From contig OZ024758.1 in the NCBI GenBank assembly GCA_964016885.1, positions 17,112,001-17,176,000 of the forward strand: DNA of 64,000 bases, read 5' to 3'. Numbering within the stretch: the first letter of the stretch is position 1; the number at the start of each line of letters is the position of its first letter. Positions 24,547-37,996 of the stretch are shown piece after piece. The notes under the pieces are model-generated. The model worked only from the letters and a program-made list of their open reading frames with translations, was not told the origin of the DNA and searched no databases. Made by a program: the position numbers and the translations under genes. The stretch is from Eledone cirrhosa. Its lineage: Eukaryota.

Positions 24547-26759
24547 TAACAGATTAAAGTTTAACCAAAGATGTATATATATATATACTAGGCACATGGC
24601 TTAGTGGTTAGAACATTAGCCTTGCAATTGAAAGGTTGTGAGTTAAATTCTCGGACCGGGTGATGTGTTGTTTCCTTGAGCAAGACACTTTATTTCTAAT
24701 TGCTCCAGTTTACTCAGCTGTAGAAATGAGATGATAGGACTGGGGTCCATATCATTCCACTGTAAAGTGGTCGTGGAGGTGCCACGGCAAAAAAAAAGCA
24801 CCTAGCACTCACTGTAAATGAGGTTGGTGTTAGGAAGGGCATGCAGCTGTAGAAATCAAGCCAGAATCAGTTCCCATCCCACCCTTGCAAGCAGGGAAAA
24901 GTGGACGTAAAATGAAATGATGATATATGTATATATATATTAAGCTGCAGGGAGGACGAGAATGATGTTTAAGAGAAAAGAGAGAGAAATGAGGAAAAAC
25001 ATAAAATATTGATGAAGAGGACAAGAAATAAACTTTAGGGAAAAAAGACAAATTAAAAAGAAACTGAAAATAGCAATAGGGAACAATAAAATGGAGTTTA
25101 GGAGATGAGACATGGGCAAAAACATGGTGAAAGTAAAATAAAGTATTTATGAACAGGACAGGAGAGATTGTGAGAAGTAAGCTCCAGGGAAGGAAGAAAA
25201 ATGAGATAAGAAGCAAAAATATATATCTGTATGTGTCAGTTTTTAAAAGAATAGGTAAAAGCTTTCAGGGCAGGGATTAATCACATAGTGTTACGTAGTT
25301 TCTGATCAAGTGTGGTTTGAAAGGACCAGTGAGATAAATATCTTTATACATAGCTGATGGCAACAGTACATATGCCTAAATAGGAGAGAGAAAACAGCAT
25401 TGTCTCTTCTGGTGTAGGCCAAGAAAAGAGAATGTGAAAAGAGTTTAGTAGAAGAGAGGCAGCAAAGCATGGCTAAAAAAATAAATGTTTATGAACAGGA
25501 TAAGAGAGAGATCATTAAAAGTAAGCTTTAGGGAAGAAAGGCACATAAAAAAAAAATTACTTATATTTTTTTAAAAATAAACATAAACTTAATACATACA
25601 TACATACAGGCAAATTGAGATGGGTAAAAGTACTAGCACTGCCTAAAGGAATTGAACCACATATTTGTTGTATACCAGCTACCTACATAGATAATGATGA
25701 CCTGATAACTTAATATATATATATATATATTAAGGTCGAAACAAATGAGATTGTGTAGGTGTCACAACAAAAAAACACACAGTCCACGCTGTAATGTGGC
25801 CGTGTAGGCAACATGGTAAAAACCTCCCAGTCCCACACTGTAAATGTGGTTGGTGTTAGGAAGGGCATCCAGCTGTAGAAAACCCGCCAGACAGTTCTAT
25901 GCGAGCAAGACAACCACTCTTGCTTCAAGTGGGAAAACTCCCGTCCAAACCCATGCAAGCTTGGAACATGGACGTTAAACGATGATGATGATATATAATA
26001 GGTTATAAGTATCGTAAGAGAGGAGGAAGCAAAAAGGTACAGAGAGATGCGATACAGATTACCAAATGCCAATAGCAGAAGTATGGTGTGCTCAATGCTT
26101 GGGTGAAGTTAATATTTAGCATATAGTTTAAGCAGAGCGGCAATAAGCAAATGAATGAATGAAAGATTTATGGCTTGTAAATCCTTCGTTCATTCATTTG
26201 CTTATAAAAATATATATATAGGAAAAAGTATGACCCCGACGGCAGAGCTCAAGCCGTTTCGACGGCTATTTCTATATATGTATAATTGTTTCTACTTATG
26301 GCACAAGGCCAGCAAAATACTCAGTGCATTACTGGTACTTTATTTTATCGACCCCCGTAAGGATGAAAGGCAAAGTTAACCTCGGCGGCACAAGGCCAGC
26401 AATTTTGGGGGAGGGGATAGTCGATTAAATTGACCCCAGTGCATGACGGGTACATTATTTTATCGATCCTGTAAGAATGAAAGGCAAAGTTAACCTCGGC
26501 GGGATTTGAAATATAATGTAATAAATACAGATGTAGAAAATAGCTGTAAATACAGTTGTTTGTTATATATAATTTAGAAAATAGGGTGGCAACTTTTTTT
26601 CAGTCTGTAAGGGGTCTTTACCTGATTTTCGAAGCTGTTTATAACAACCAACTGTATTTACAGTTATTTTCTACACCTGAGTTTACTACATTTTCTATGA
26701 CCTTCATAATCCCTCAGCATTTTGAAAGTTTGAACTCTCTCTCTCTCTCTGTATATATA

Positions 26760-27275
26760 TGGCAGACCCAGAAAAACCAGGGACGACTTGATAAATTCTG
26801 ACCTCACACACTTACACCTCTCCAAGACAATGTCACTGGACCGAGATCTTTGGCGCTACACAGTAATTCCGAAGACCCGCCTTACCTAAGTACAAAGTGA
26901 AACCTACTACAGTCAGTAGGCACCTCTAACAAAATATACCCCCATCCCACTACCCCCATCCCATCCACACCACCCCTTTCAATGTAAAGTTATGTTGGTA
27001 CCACAACATCCAGTCCGAAACAAATGAGGTCGTGTAGGTGTCACGACAAAAAAACACACAGTCCACGCTGTAATGTGGCCGTGTAGGTAACACGGTAAAA
27101 ACCTCCCAGTCCACACTGTAAATGTGGTTGGTGTTAGGAAGGGCATCCAGCCGTAGAAAACCCGCCAGACAGCCCTATCCGAGCAGGACAACCAATCTTG
27201 CCTCAAGTGGGAAAGCTCCCGTCCAAACCCATGCAAGCATGGAAGATGGACGTTAAACAATGATGATGATGATGA
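26760..27275 (+). mobile_element. RTE subfamily B 3' end with full 3' UTR
   Basis: Colinear with the reverse complement of 62176-62705 (GRPRKT...DLTHLHLSKTMSLDRDLWRY, then UTR and (TGA)n). UTR-only pieces lie at 25735-25992 (+), 31820-32155 (-) and 49450-49815 (+). Confidence 0.88.
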
Positions 27276-27289
27276 TATATATATATATA

Positions 27290-27487
27290 ATGAAGGAAGC
27301 GTGGTAATGAACCAGATGGACCATAACGCACCATAGTACTCAATACTTAGGGTAGTAGAGTGGGTAATAGCAAAAAGTTTAACCTTGACGGCAGAGCTCA
27401 AGCCGTTTCGACGGCTATTTCTGGACCGTCCAGAAATAGCTGTCGAAACGGCTTGAGCTCTGCCGTCGGGGTTAAACTGTTTCCTAT
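27290..27487. mobile_element. (TA)n-associated fold-back element family (putative Penelope-like pseudo-LTR)
   Basis: 60-bp arms around a 1-nt centre at 27427 plus a unique extension. Family members lie at 2342-2402, 9581-9745, 15582-15686, 17383-17566, 26219-26272, 42890-42980 and 49228-49428, all next to (TA)n. Confidence 0.7.
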
Positions 27488-28337
27488 ATATATATATATA
27501 ATTCCACTGTAAAGTGGACGTGTAGGTGCCACAGAGAAAAAAGCACCCAGCACTCACTGTAAATGAGGTTGGTGTTAGGAAGGGCATCCAGCTGTAGAAA
27601 TCAAGCCAGAATCAATTCCCGTCCCACCCTTGCAAGCAGGGAAAAGCGGAAGCAAAATAAAATGATGATGATATGCTGAAGCATATAGACAGTATGCACC
27701 CCCCTCCCACTCTAAACTGGTCATGTAGGCGCCACAGTAAAAAAGCACTCAGTACTCACTGTAAATGCTGTTGGTGTTAGGGAGAGCATCCACCTGTAGA
27801 AATCAGGCCAAAATCAGTTCTGTATAAGCAAGACATGTTCCCCTGACCTGGCATTGCCCCACAACAGGATAATCTATCTAACCCATGCAGGTGTGGAAGA
27901 ATGGACGTAAAACTGTGATGATGATGATGATGATGATATATAATATCATAACATTAAAATAGAACAGATATTATCAAGTTTCTAAATAGATTTCCAATGA
28001 AAATATATGATATATGAAACTATGTAAATATGATAGTTCATGTATCTTGATGTAAGTAACCCCCCCCCCCCCCCCCCCCCCGCTCGCCCCACTGTACATT
28101 GAGATATCAAATTTCAAATTCAAATATTAATACATATGTGATTCTATATGTAAACATCTACCTATGATAAGTTGTGGTTATTAAAGTTAAAAGTTCCAGG
28201 CCATTAAGTTCAGCTTTTTGTGTGTGTGCATATTTACAAATTTGAAATATCTACATTAAATTATAATTTGATGAAAACACCAATCATGACCTTATTCTTT
28301 GTTATTTACACAGTCCTGATGATGATGATGATGTATT

Positions 28338-28731
28338 ATTTTTTCCAGGGACTATGTTGAAAAATAAACCTCATTTGGTTATTCCATGAGAGTATCTTGG
28401 TCAGCCTTTGAACTCTTCCTATTAATAACTGCATTGTTTCTTTCCAGAGACTCTGTTGAAAAATAAACCTCAATTGGTCATTCCATGAGAGAATCTTGGT
28501 CAGCCTTTGAACTCTTCTTATTAATAACTGCATTGTTTCTTTCCAGAGACTCTGTTGAAAAATAAACCTCAATTGGTCATTCCATGAGAGTATCTTGGTC
28601 AGCCTTTGAACTCTTCTTATTAATAACTGCATTGTTTCTTTCCAGAAGGATTATGTTGAATAATAAACCTCATTTGGTCATTCCATGAGAATATCTTGGT
28701 CACCTTATGAAATTTTCAGCCAGCCCTTGTA
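28338..28731 (+). repeat. About 4 tandem copies of a 99-bp unit from a mariner-derived element
   Basis: tttccagagactctgttgaa recurs at 28441 and 28540. The first unit encodes DYVEK*. The array ends in gaaattttcagccagcccttgta, a mariner-type TIR plus TA. Confidence 0.85.
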
Positions 28732-30061
28732 TGAAAGGACGAAAGGTGGGATCTGAACAGAGCACAGAGAGCCAGAGAAATTACTATAGCATTTAATATG
28801 TTACACTAACAATTTGCTGCCTTGTAACTAAAATCAGGAATTTTGTTGCCATGGATGAAAATAAATGTGTTTTTCGTTCTCCTCTAAAATATACCATATG
28901 GTGCATAATTGTATAATTGTATAAATTAATGATATCATTGAAGACTTTGCTTTAATGTAAAGCTCATTTCTCTTCTATGTATACCACAAGGAAAGGTAAA
29001 CTGACAGCTACCAACAAATAAAGCACTTGTCAATTTTACAGTATTGCTTTTGTTCTTAGTTACTAATTTCTAACTGATGTGTAGTATTTATTTATAGTTA
29101 GGTTTACAGGTCCACTGAAAGGTTAGCTAATAACACAATTATACATTTTATAATGATGTCACTCTTTATATCACAGTGCTCTAACTCTAGCTATCCTGAG
29201 AAACTTATTTAAAGATTAAGCTGACAGAGATGTTGAGTAAGTATTATATTGGCCATAAGAGCAATAGAACACCATGACAAGATATAAACTTTTGAATGCA
29301 CAACAAGTTATCAAGCATCATATTAACAGGGTCATCTGTAATTCTTCCATTCTCATATGCTATTTAGATAAATTTTCCTTTGATTATAAGAAAACCAGTG
29401 CTGTCAAATTCCTTTAGAGGCCAAAGTTAATCCTTAAGAGAGCAATTACCGTTGCTAAAGAAACATTGTTGGAAGCAATCAATCATGCTTAACCATAGAG
29501 CTGTACATATGGCAAATTAAGCACAATTTCTCAGGTGGAGTGAAGTTCAGTAACTGTTAAATTGATTCTAGTCTTTCAAAGATAACCTGGCTTTCAAAAA
29601 TGTTCTTTTATAGGCTCAAAGCCAAATTTTATAGGAGGACAGCACTATAATTAAGTGAAACAATCCTAGTATATTACTGCTGCTTATTTTATTTTATAAA
29701 GGACTGAGAGACAGACAGAAGACATATAAAAGCTATGCAGTAGAATTTAAGCTCAGAACTCAAGGGAGTGAAATAAAAACTTGCAATAACCATGTATCAT
29801 ATTTTGTTGTCTTCACCACCATTGTATGGAATTCTATCATTATTATGCTCAGAGCAGTGGATTGGCAGTATCGGTAGAGGGTCGGGCGCCATGCTTTGAT
29901 GCATAGAGTTACGGCCCTTGCCATTCTGAGTTCAAATCCCGCCGGGTTTAACTTTGCCTTTCATCCTTATGGGATCGATAAAATAAAGTACCAGTAATAC
30001 ACTGGGATAATTGCTGGCCTTGTGCCAAAAAGTAGAACAATTATTATACTCGGTATATTAA

Positions 30062-30254
30062 CCCTTTAGCATTTAAACCGGCTGTATCCAGCCAGAATTC
30101 TATCACCTCTTTCTGTTCAAACCAGCCATAACTGGCCATTCATACTGATGTTAAGGTATTGTCCTCAAAATTTCATAGATTCAATATTATGTGAGATAAA
30201 ACCTATACTGCAAAAATACAATAATGACTATAGAGTAATGTAAATGCTAAAGGG
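30062..30254. mobile_element. piggyBac-type MITE, same family
   Basis: TTAA-CCCTTTAGCATTTA...TAAATGCTAAAGGG-TTAA. Confidence 0.85.
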
Positions 30255-30276
30255 TTAAATATATACATGTATATGT

Positions 30277-30560
30277 GGAGGCATGTGGCCTAGTGGTAAG
30301 GGTGTTAGACTTACGATCATAATGTCATGGATTCAATACCTGGGTTGCAGGTTCTATTCTTGAGCAAAACGCTTCATTTCATGTTCCTCCAGTATACTCA
30401 GCTGAAAATGAGTACCAGCAATAGCTGGGGGTTTAACCCTGCGATGGACTGGCGTCCCGTCCAGGGGGAAGTCTTGTACTCTCAGTTGCTTCATGCCATG
30501 AAACCAGGATAAGCACCGGCCAAATGAGCCTTCTGGCTTAAGACCGACTTTAGACTTTAG
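30277..30560 (+). mobile_element. tRNA-derived SINE family 2, same central domain with a different tail
   Basis: Head ggaggcatgtggcctagtgg, central cttgagcaaaac...ccagtatactcagctgaaaatgagtacc, tail aaccctgcgatggactggcgtcccgtccaggggga. A partial copy lies at 20625-20785 (-), with decayed copies near 45375-45560 and 55400-55650. Confidence 0.75.
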
Positions 30561-30618
30561 ATATATATACATATACATATATATCTATATATCTATATAT
30601 ATGTATATATATATATAT

Positions 30619-31516
30619 AGGACTGAGAGTGAACCTAGCTAAGACAAAAGTGTTGATGAGTAGAAAAGAGGACAAAACTCTGATTCCGTCAGGGAAATGG
30701 CCATGTTCGATATGCAGAAAAGGAACTGGCATAAATTCTATAAAATGCACACAATGCAGATCCTGGGTACACAAAAGATGTAGCAGGATAGCAGGCAAAC
30801 TAACAGGTAGGGAGAAATATGTATGCAGTAGATGTACAGGGAAATTAGAAAGTAGAAGTCGCATTGATAGACACATTTTTCAAATGCAGTAGGGCGCTAT
30901 AGAAGTGGTGGATAGCTTCCGGTACCTAGGAGATCAGATTAGCATGTTCCGAGGCCATAGTATCTAGAATAAGGACGGGTTGGAAGAAGTTTAGGGAGCT
31001 GCTTCCTCTGCTGACGAAGAAGGGTTTCTCTCTGTTTACGAAAGGCCGGTTGTATGATGCCTGTGTGAGGAGCGCGATGCTGCATGGTAGTGAGACATGG
31101 GCAGCAACTGCAGAGGATATGCGACGGCTGGAGAGAAGTGAGGCAAGGATGCTCCGTTGGATGTGCAGTGTAAATGTGTGTGAATGATCCAGCATGAATG
31201 TGTTGAGAGAGAAACTGTGTCTGAGAGGGATAGAATGTAGTGTGCGAGAGAGGAGACTGAGGTGGTATGGACATGTGATGCGCATGGAGGATGACCGATG
31301 GGTGAAGAAGTGCCAGGAAATGCCAGTTGAAGGAAGACGTGGTAGAGGTAGACCACGAAAAACATGGGCGGAGGTGGTGAGAACAGACATCAGATCGTTG
31401 AAGCTCGCAGTGGAGATGACGAAGGACCGTGACGAGTGGAGAGATGCTGTGCTGAATAAGACCCGTCCCACCCTTGCAAGCAGGGAAAAGCGGACGTAAA
31501 ATGATGATGATGATGA
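30619..31516 (+). mobile_element. RTE subfamily A 3' fragment with stops and a small deletion
   Basis: Near-identical to 16440-17343, with a (TGA)n tail. Confidence 0.93.
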
Positions 31517-32624
31517 TATATATACATAAAGAATTTGAAGTGTTGAAAACCACAACAATGCGAAATGGCTGAATAAACAAACAAACAAGTCTTAAGAAAT
31601 GAGAAGTGTCATGGTTTTCAAACTTAAATTATTTATACCATATACAATAAACTACAAGTTCCTATATATATATATAAATATATGTCCCATCCTTGCAAGC
31701 AGGGCAAATCGGATGTATGATGATGATGGTGATGATGATATATGTCATAATGATCATTATCATCATCACTGTTTTATGTCCATTTTTCCACGCTAGCATG
31801 GGTTAGAATCATCATCATGATCATCATCTTCGTTTAACGTCCATTTTCCACGCTAGCATGGGGTAGACGGTAGTTGTCCCGCTTGAGGCAAGGCTGATCG
31901 GGTGACCGTGTCTCGCTCATATAGGACTATCTGGCAGGTTTTCTACGGCTGGATGTCCTTCCTAACACCAACCACATTTACAGTGTGGAACTGGGAGGTT
32001 TTTACCGTGTTACTTACACGGCCACATTACAGCGTTGACTGTGTGTTTTTTTGTCATGACACCTACACGATCTCGATCTCATATTCTTGTGCTGTTGGTG
32101 GGAGTGGGAGGATAGGGTAGGGGTAGTGGATTGGGGTGTATATTTGGTCAAGAGGTGCCTATATATATATATGTAAAAGGTAAACAGAAATAACAAAAAC
32201 TGTATAGTATATGGAAGGAATATATTTGTTTAATATATATATCTATCACTTCAGTATATTAAAAGATTGACGTCATTCTTAGTCATAAAGTCAAATTATA
32301 TTTTTATGAGACAAAGACAATATAATAATTTAAGTGTCAACATATTACTGGTATATATTTTATTGTCTCTTCTTTAGGAGTGAAAATAAAAGACGATTAT
32401 TTTCCATAGTTAATCTGACCATTGTTAATCAATTTTATAATTATATATATTTCTGATAATCAATATGTAATCAATACATTGAATTCTATATGAAACCAGT
32501 GTAAATTTAGCTTTACTTTTGGCAGTAGCAGTTGAACTCTATATTATAATTAGTGATAACAATAACACAAGGTGATTCATAATAAAGGCATATAGATGCC
32601 TATATAGAATATGTTTATGTATTA

Positions 32625-33255
32625 TGTAAAGTGGTCATGTAGGCTTCATGACAAAAAGCACCCAGTCCACACTGTAAAGTGGTCGTGTAAAAGGTCAACA
32701 AAAAGCACCCAGCACACACTGTAAAGTGGTCATATAGAAGTCACAACAAAAAGCACCCAGTACACATTGTAAAGTTATCATGAAGAAGTCATGACATAAG
32801 GCACCTAGTCCACACTGTAAGTGGTCATGCAGGTGTTATGACAAAAAGCACCCAGTACACTCTATAAAGTGCTTGTGTAGGAGTCACAACAAAAATCACC
32901 CAGCACACATTGTAAAGTGGTCGTGGAGAAGTTATGACAAAAAGCACCCAGTCTACACTGTAAAGTGGTTGTGTAGAAGTCACGACAAAAATCCCTCAGC
33001 CCACACTGTAAAGTGGTCATGTACATATTATGACAAAAAGCACCCAGTACACTCTATAAAGTGGTTGTGTAGAAGTCATGACAAAAAGCACCCAGCATAC
33101 ACTGTAAAGTGGTCATATAGAAGTCACGACAATAAGCACCCAGCCCACACTGTAAAGTTGTCATGTAGGTATTGTGACAAAAAGCACCCAGTACAATCTA
33201 TAAAGTGGTTGTGTAGAAGTCATGACAGAAAGTACCCAGCACACAATTTAAATGA
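32625..33255 (+). repeat. About 13-copy 48-bp minisatellite inside a SINE/LINE 3' module
   Basis: Unit actgtaaagtggtcatgtagaagtcacgacaaaaagcacccagcacac, running directly into gaggttggtgttaggaagggcatccagctgtagaa and a (TGA)n tail near 33418. Confidence 0.9.
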
Positions 33256-33499
33256 GGTTGGTGTTAGGAAGGGCATCCAGCTGTAGAACCCAAGCCAAAA
33301 TCAGTTCTGTATGTGCAAGACATAGTCGCCTGACCTAACTTGCCTCAAATGGGACATCCTGTCTAACCCGTCTTAGCGTGGAAAGTAGATGTTAAACGAT
33401 GATGTTGATGATGATGATTATAAAGATAGTTAGTCCAACTGGGAATAATTTAAGCTATGATCTTATCCAAGCTACCTCAGTATCAGTGCAAGTTCCCAG

Positions 33500-33540
33500 T
33501 ATACACACGTTTCGGAGTTATTACTCATCATCAGCAATCA
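33500..33540 (-). ncRNA. Degenerate hammerhead-like motif
   Basis: CTGATGA-TGAGT-AATA-ACTCC-GAAACGTGTGTA. The core and helix II are present; helices I and III are poor. Confidence 0.35.
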
Positions 33541-34078
33541 ATTATGCCCAGATGCCAAGGTATGAAAGAGAGTGAAGGTGTATGGATTTTGTAAACAGTC
33601 TAATAATGTTGAAAGCTTATTTACATAATGTGTAAGCTTGACTGGCTAGTATTAATTAGTGAAAGTAAAAATAAAGAGTGCTTCACAACGAAAGCATATA
33701 TACAGACCCATATATAATGTTTATGCATAATAAACATACATTTAGTCTTGCTGAAAGTACTTTAAGCTGTACTAATATCACAGTTAACTCAACTGTGAAA
33801 CGACTTTACTTTTATCTCACAAAGAGTGTTGATGGCCAAATTCTAATTTTATCAAAGGCAAAGCAGAACTTAACAGACATGGCAAGTCTAATTTATAATG
33901 TGCATTTGCTAGAGGTTTAATTAATTAAATAGAAATTTATGTCCAGCACAGGATGTATTAGAAAATCTAGGATAAAATTATTTTATATAAAATATGTATA
34001 TATACATATACATATATATATATATATATATATGATAAAGAACACAAGAGCGTCTACAACATCAAAAGATTTTTATTG

Positions 34079-34123
34079 GCTTACAATGTTTCTTCCTTAC
34101 GTAACCATAGGATTCGTCAGAGC
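34079..34123 (-). ncRNA. Minimal type I hammerhead ribozyme
   Basis: GCT-CTGACGA-ATCCTATG-GTTA-CGTAAGGAA-GAA-ACATTGT-A-AGC, with a GUA cleavage triplet. Confidence 0.65.
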
Positions 34124-34815
34124 TATAAAAGGGGTTTGATTGGTGTTATGGACTCTACCAACCAAACATTCAAGAACAAAGAGTAAAGAGAATAAAGAGC
34201 AAAAGCAGGGGACGATAAGTCTAATTTTGGTGTGGGAGGGTGGGGTGTGGGTCCTTGTTTACTAGCTTTAGTCATATTCATTCCCGGGAGTCGAGTGGTT
34301 AGTTGAGCCATAGAGGGGTGGCGTCGATAGTAGGGTGCAGAGGGTGTGCAGAGGCTACACACACACAAAGGGCATACAATATATATATAACGGAGGAGAA
34401 AGTACATGAGGTAATTAGAAATGGAAAAAGAGTAATAATAATAATCTATAATTAATAATGTATAATAAGGCATGGGGAAGATTACACTATAATAAGGTAT
34501 AAAAGTAAGAATAAGGTAAAATATAAAGGAGGATAAAAGTGAAAATAAGAATAAAGATAAAAATATATATATATATAAATAAAAAAAATATATAGAGAAT
34601 ATATAAAGAAATATAAGCAAGTATTAGAAAGGGAAAAACACAATGTAAAAAAAAACCGATTTTTTCAAATAAAAAAATTATAAATATGGGGGGAGAAAAC
34701 GGAATAGAGAAATATAATCAAATGTGATTAGTTGAGAGAATATAAGATGATAATAGTTATGTCAAGTTTATACATCTTAATAATAAATAATCTGTATATC
34801 AGAGTTACACATCCT

Positions 34816-35030
34816 TCAATTCACTTGCAGGTTCAACCCACGTGGCATAGTCCATTGTTCATCTGTGCGGTCATGTGTGTTTGTTTTTGACACCACAGCA
34901 GATGCACAAGTTCGTAAATTCCAATGCAGATAGAAATCTATTTTTGCTCACCCAGACATTGACGGAGGATCCAATATTCCTAGTTCAATATGTGTGTGGT
35001 GTTATTTTGGTCGCACAAATCAATCACTTG
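34816..35030 (-). pseudogene. Possible C-terminal remnant of a Penelope-type GIY-YIG endonuclease
   Basis: Minus-strand fragments QVIDLCDQNNTTHILN*EYWI ... WNLRT ... MPRGLNLQVN* match the L..rE.YWI..L.T..P.GLN ending of PLE ORFs, but are interrupted and frameshifted. Confidence 0.45.
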
Positions 35031-35301
35031 GTTCAATATATATATATATACATATATATATATATCAACTAGAAATTGATTGACATATAAATATATCTAA
35101 AATAAACATATGAAACAATCACAGGGGATAATTTGTAAAAGTGTGTAAGCACACATAGCTAAGTAGGTAACTAAATAAAGTTTAACTAGAACTTCAAAAA
35201 TAGATACCTTATAAATTGATTAATCTTCCTTGTATATATTCCATTAAAGAAATATATTTCACCAATTAATCCACTCCCTGGATATATATATATATATATA
35301 T

Positions 35302-35635
35302 GGAGGCACATGGCTTAGTGGTTAGAGCATTGGCCTTGCAATCGAAAGGTTGTGAGTTCAATTCTCAGACCGGATGATGTGTTGTTTCCTTGAGCAAGAC
35401 ACTTTATTTCACATTGCTCCAGTTTACTCAGCTGTAGAAATGAGATGATAGGGACTGGGGTCCCTATCATTCCACTGCAAAGTGGTCGTGGAGGTGCCAC
35501 GGCAAAAAAGCACCCAGCACTCACTGTAAATGAGGTTGGTGTTAGGAAGGGCATCCAGCTGTAGAAATCAAGCCAGAATCAGTTCCCGTCCCACCCTTGC
35601 AAGCAGGGAAAAGCGAACGTAAAATGAAATGATGA
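35302..35635 (+). mobile_element. tRNA-derived SINE family 1 with RTE-A 3' tail, full length
   Basis: Pol III A box TGGCTTAGTGG and B box GAGTTCAATTC. The central ccttgagcaagacacttt...ccagtttactcagctgtagaaatgag resembles the Meta/MESC SINE domain. The last about 45 nt match the end of the LINE at 17290-17343. Confidence 0.9.
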
Positions 35636-35805
35636 AAATGAAATGAAGATATATATATATATATATCATCAGCTGATTGTTCATACAGAAACAGTTCTGT
35701 ATGAGCAAGACATGCCCCAAACGGGACTACCCGTCTAACCCATGCTAGTATGGAAAATAAATGTTAAATGATGATAATGATATATATGTATCATCATGAT
35801 GATCA

Positions 35806-36140
35806 TCATTTTACATCCGCTTTTCCCTGCTTGCAAGGATGGGATGGGTCCTATTCAGCCCAGCATCTCTCCACTTGTCACGGTCCTTCGTCATCTCCTC
35901 CATGTGCTTCAGCGATCCGAGGTCTGCTCTCACCACATCCGCCAATGTTTTTCGTGGTCTTCCTCTACTGCGTCTTCCTTCCACTGGGATTTCTTGGCAT
36001 TTCTTTACCCAGCGTTCATCCTCCATGTGCATCACATGTCCATACCAACGCAGTCTTCTCTCCCCCACACTACAACTTATCCCTCTTACACACAGTTTCT
36101 CTCTCATCTCGTCTATCTATACTCGGTCGTTCACGTATAT
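35806..36140 (-). mobile_element. RTE subfamily A-like 3' fragment
   Basis: Encodes RRLRWYGHVMHM...GRPRKT and has the shared tail. Smaller fragments lie at 3460-3637 (+) and 6236-6357 (-). Confidence 0.88.
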
Positions 36141-36278
36141 TGACATACTGATGATGTCACACGTGTGTAATGAAAGATCTTTTATAGACTGTATATATAT
36201 ATATATAGTAATAATAATAAATTTGAAGACTAAAATCCAAAGAACGATTCTTTGCTTAAACTTTAATCTGTTATTTTA

Positions 36279-36316
<38 letters not shown>

Positions 36317-36584
36317 TTATATATTTTTAACCATTGGTCAATCAATGATAAACATTGATTGCCAGATAAATTAACTGTGGGGCTATCAGATATATTTAAG
36401 TGAAAACGAGTCCGAACCAAAAATTGGGTTTCTTATTATTTCTGGCAATATTATAACAATATGACTCTCCCCAAATATAACAATGCATATCTATCTATCT
36501 ATCTATATATGTGAGTGTGTGTGTGTGGTTAGTGAGAGTGAAGAGTGACTCATTGCGATATATTCTGCCAATGAGAATATTGTA

Positions 36585-37742
<1,158 letters not shown>

Positions 37743-37874
37743 GTTATGCTTGGGAGGGTCATGTTGCCAATAAGAAACACACGCACCAGTTGCTTTCACT
37801 TCAATTTATTATGAATTAAATTTAAAGTGGTGCGTGTGTTTCTTATTGGCAACATGACCCTCCCAAAGCATAAC
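37743..37874. repeat. Inverted repeat, 46-bp arms, abutting a 1.1-kb (TA)n tract
   Basis: gttatgcttgggagggtcatgttgccaataagaaacacacgcacca and its reverse complement. Related decayed sequence lies at 36320-36490 and 52745-52930. Confidence 0.85.
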
Positions 37875-37933
37875 AATATCGGTTTCAACACAAGTTTTCA
37901 GGTAAAGTATCTTGCTAAATAAATTCAGAAACG

Positions 37934-37972
<39 letters not shown>

Positions 37973-37996
37973 TGTAATAAACAACATAAGGCAATA

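Noticed and set aside
28336-28632. 33-aa repeat ORF suggesting ankyrin repeats
   Set aside because: It has no ankyrin consensus (TPLH, G...V..LL), and the unit is a mariner remnant on the opposite strand.
32625-33255. CRISPR-like regular array
   Set aside because: There are no unique spacers, no cas genes and the context is eukaryotic. The whole 48-bp unit is repeated and derives from a SINE module.
35302-35375. tRNA gene
   Set aside because: A and B boxes are present but the acceptor stem is poor and the sequence continues into a multicopy SINE body.
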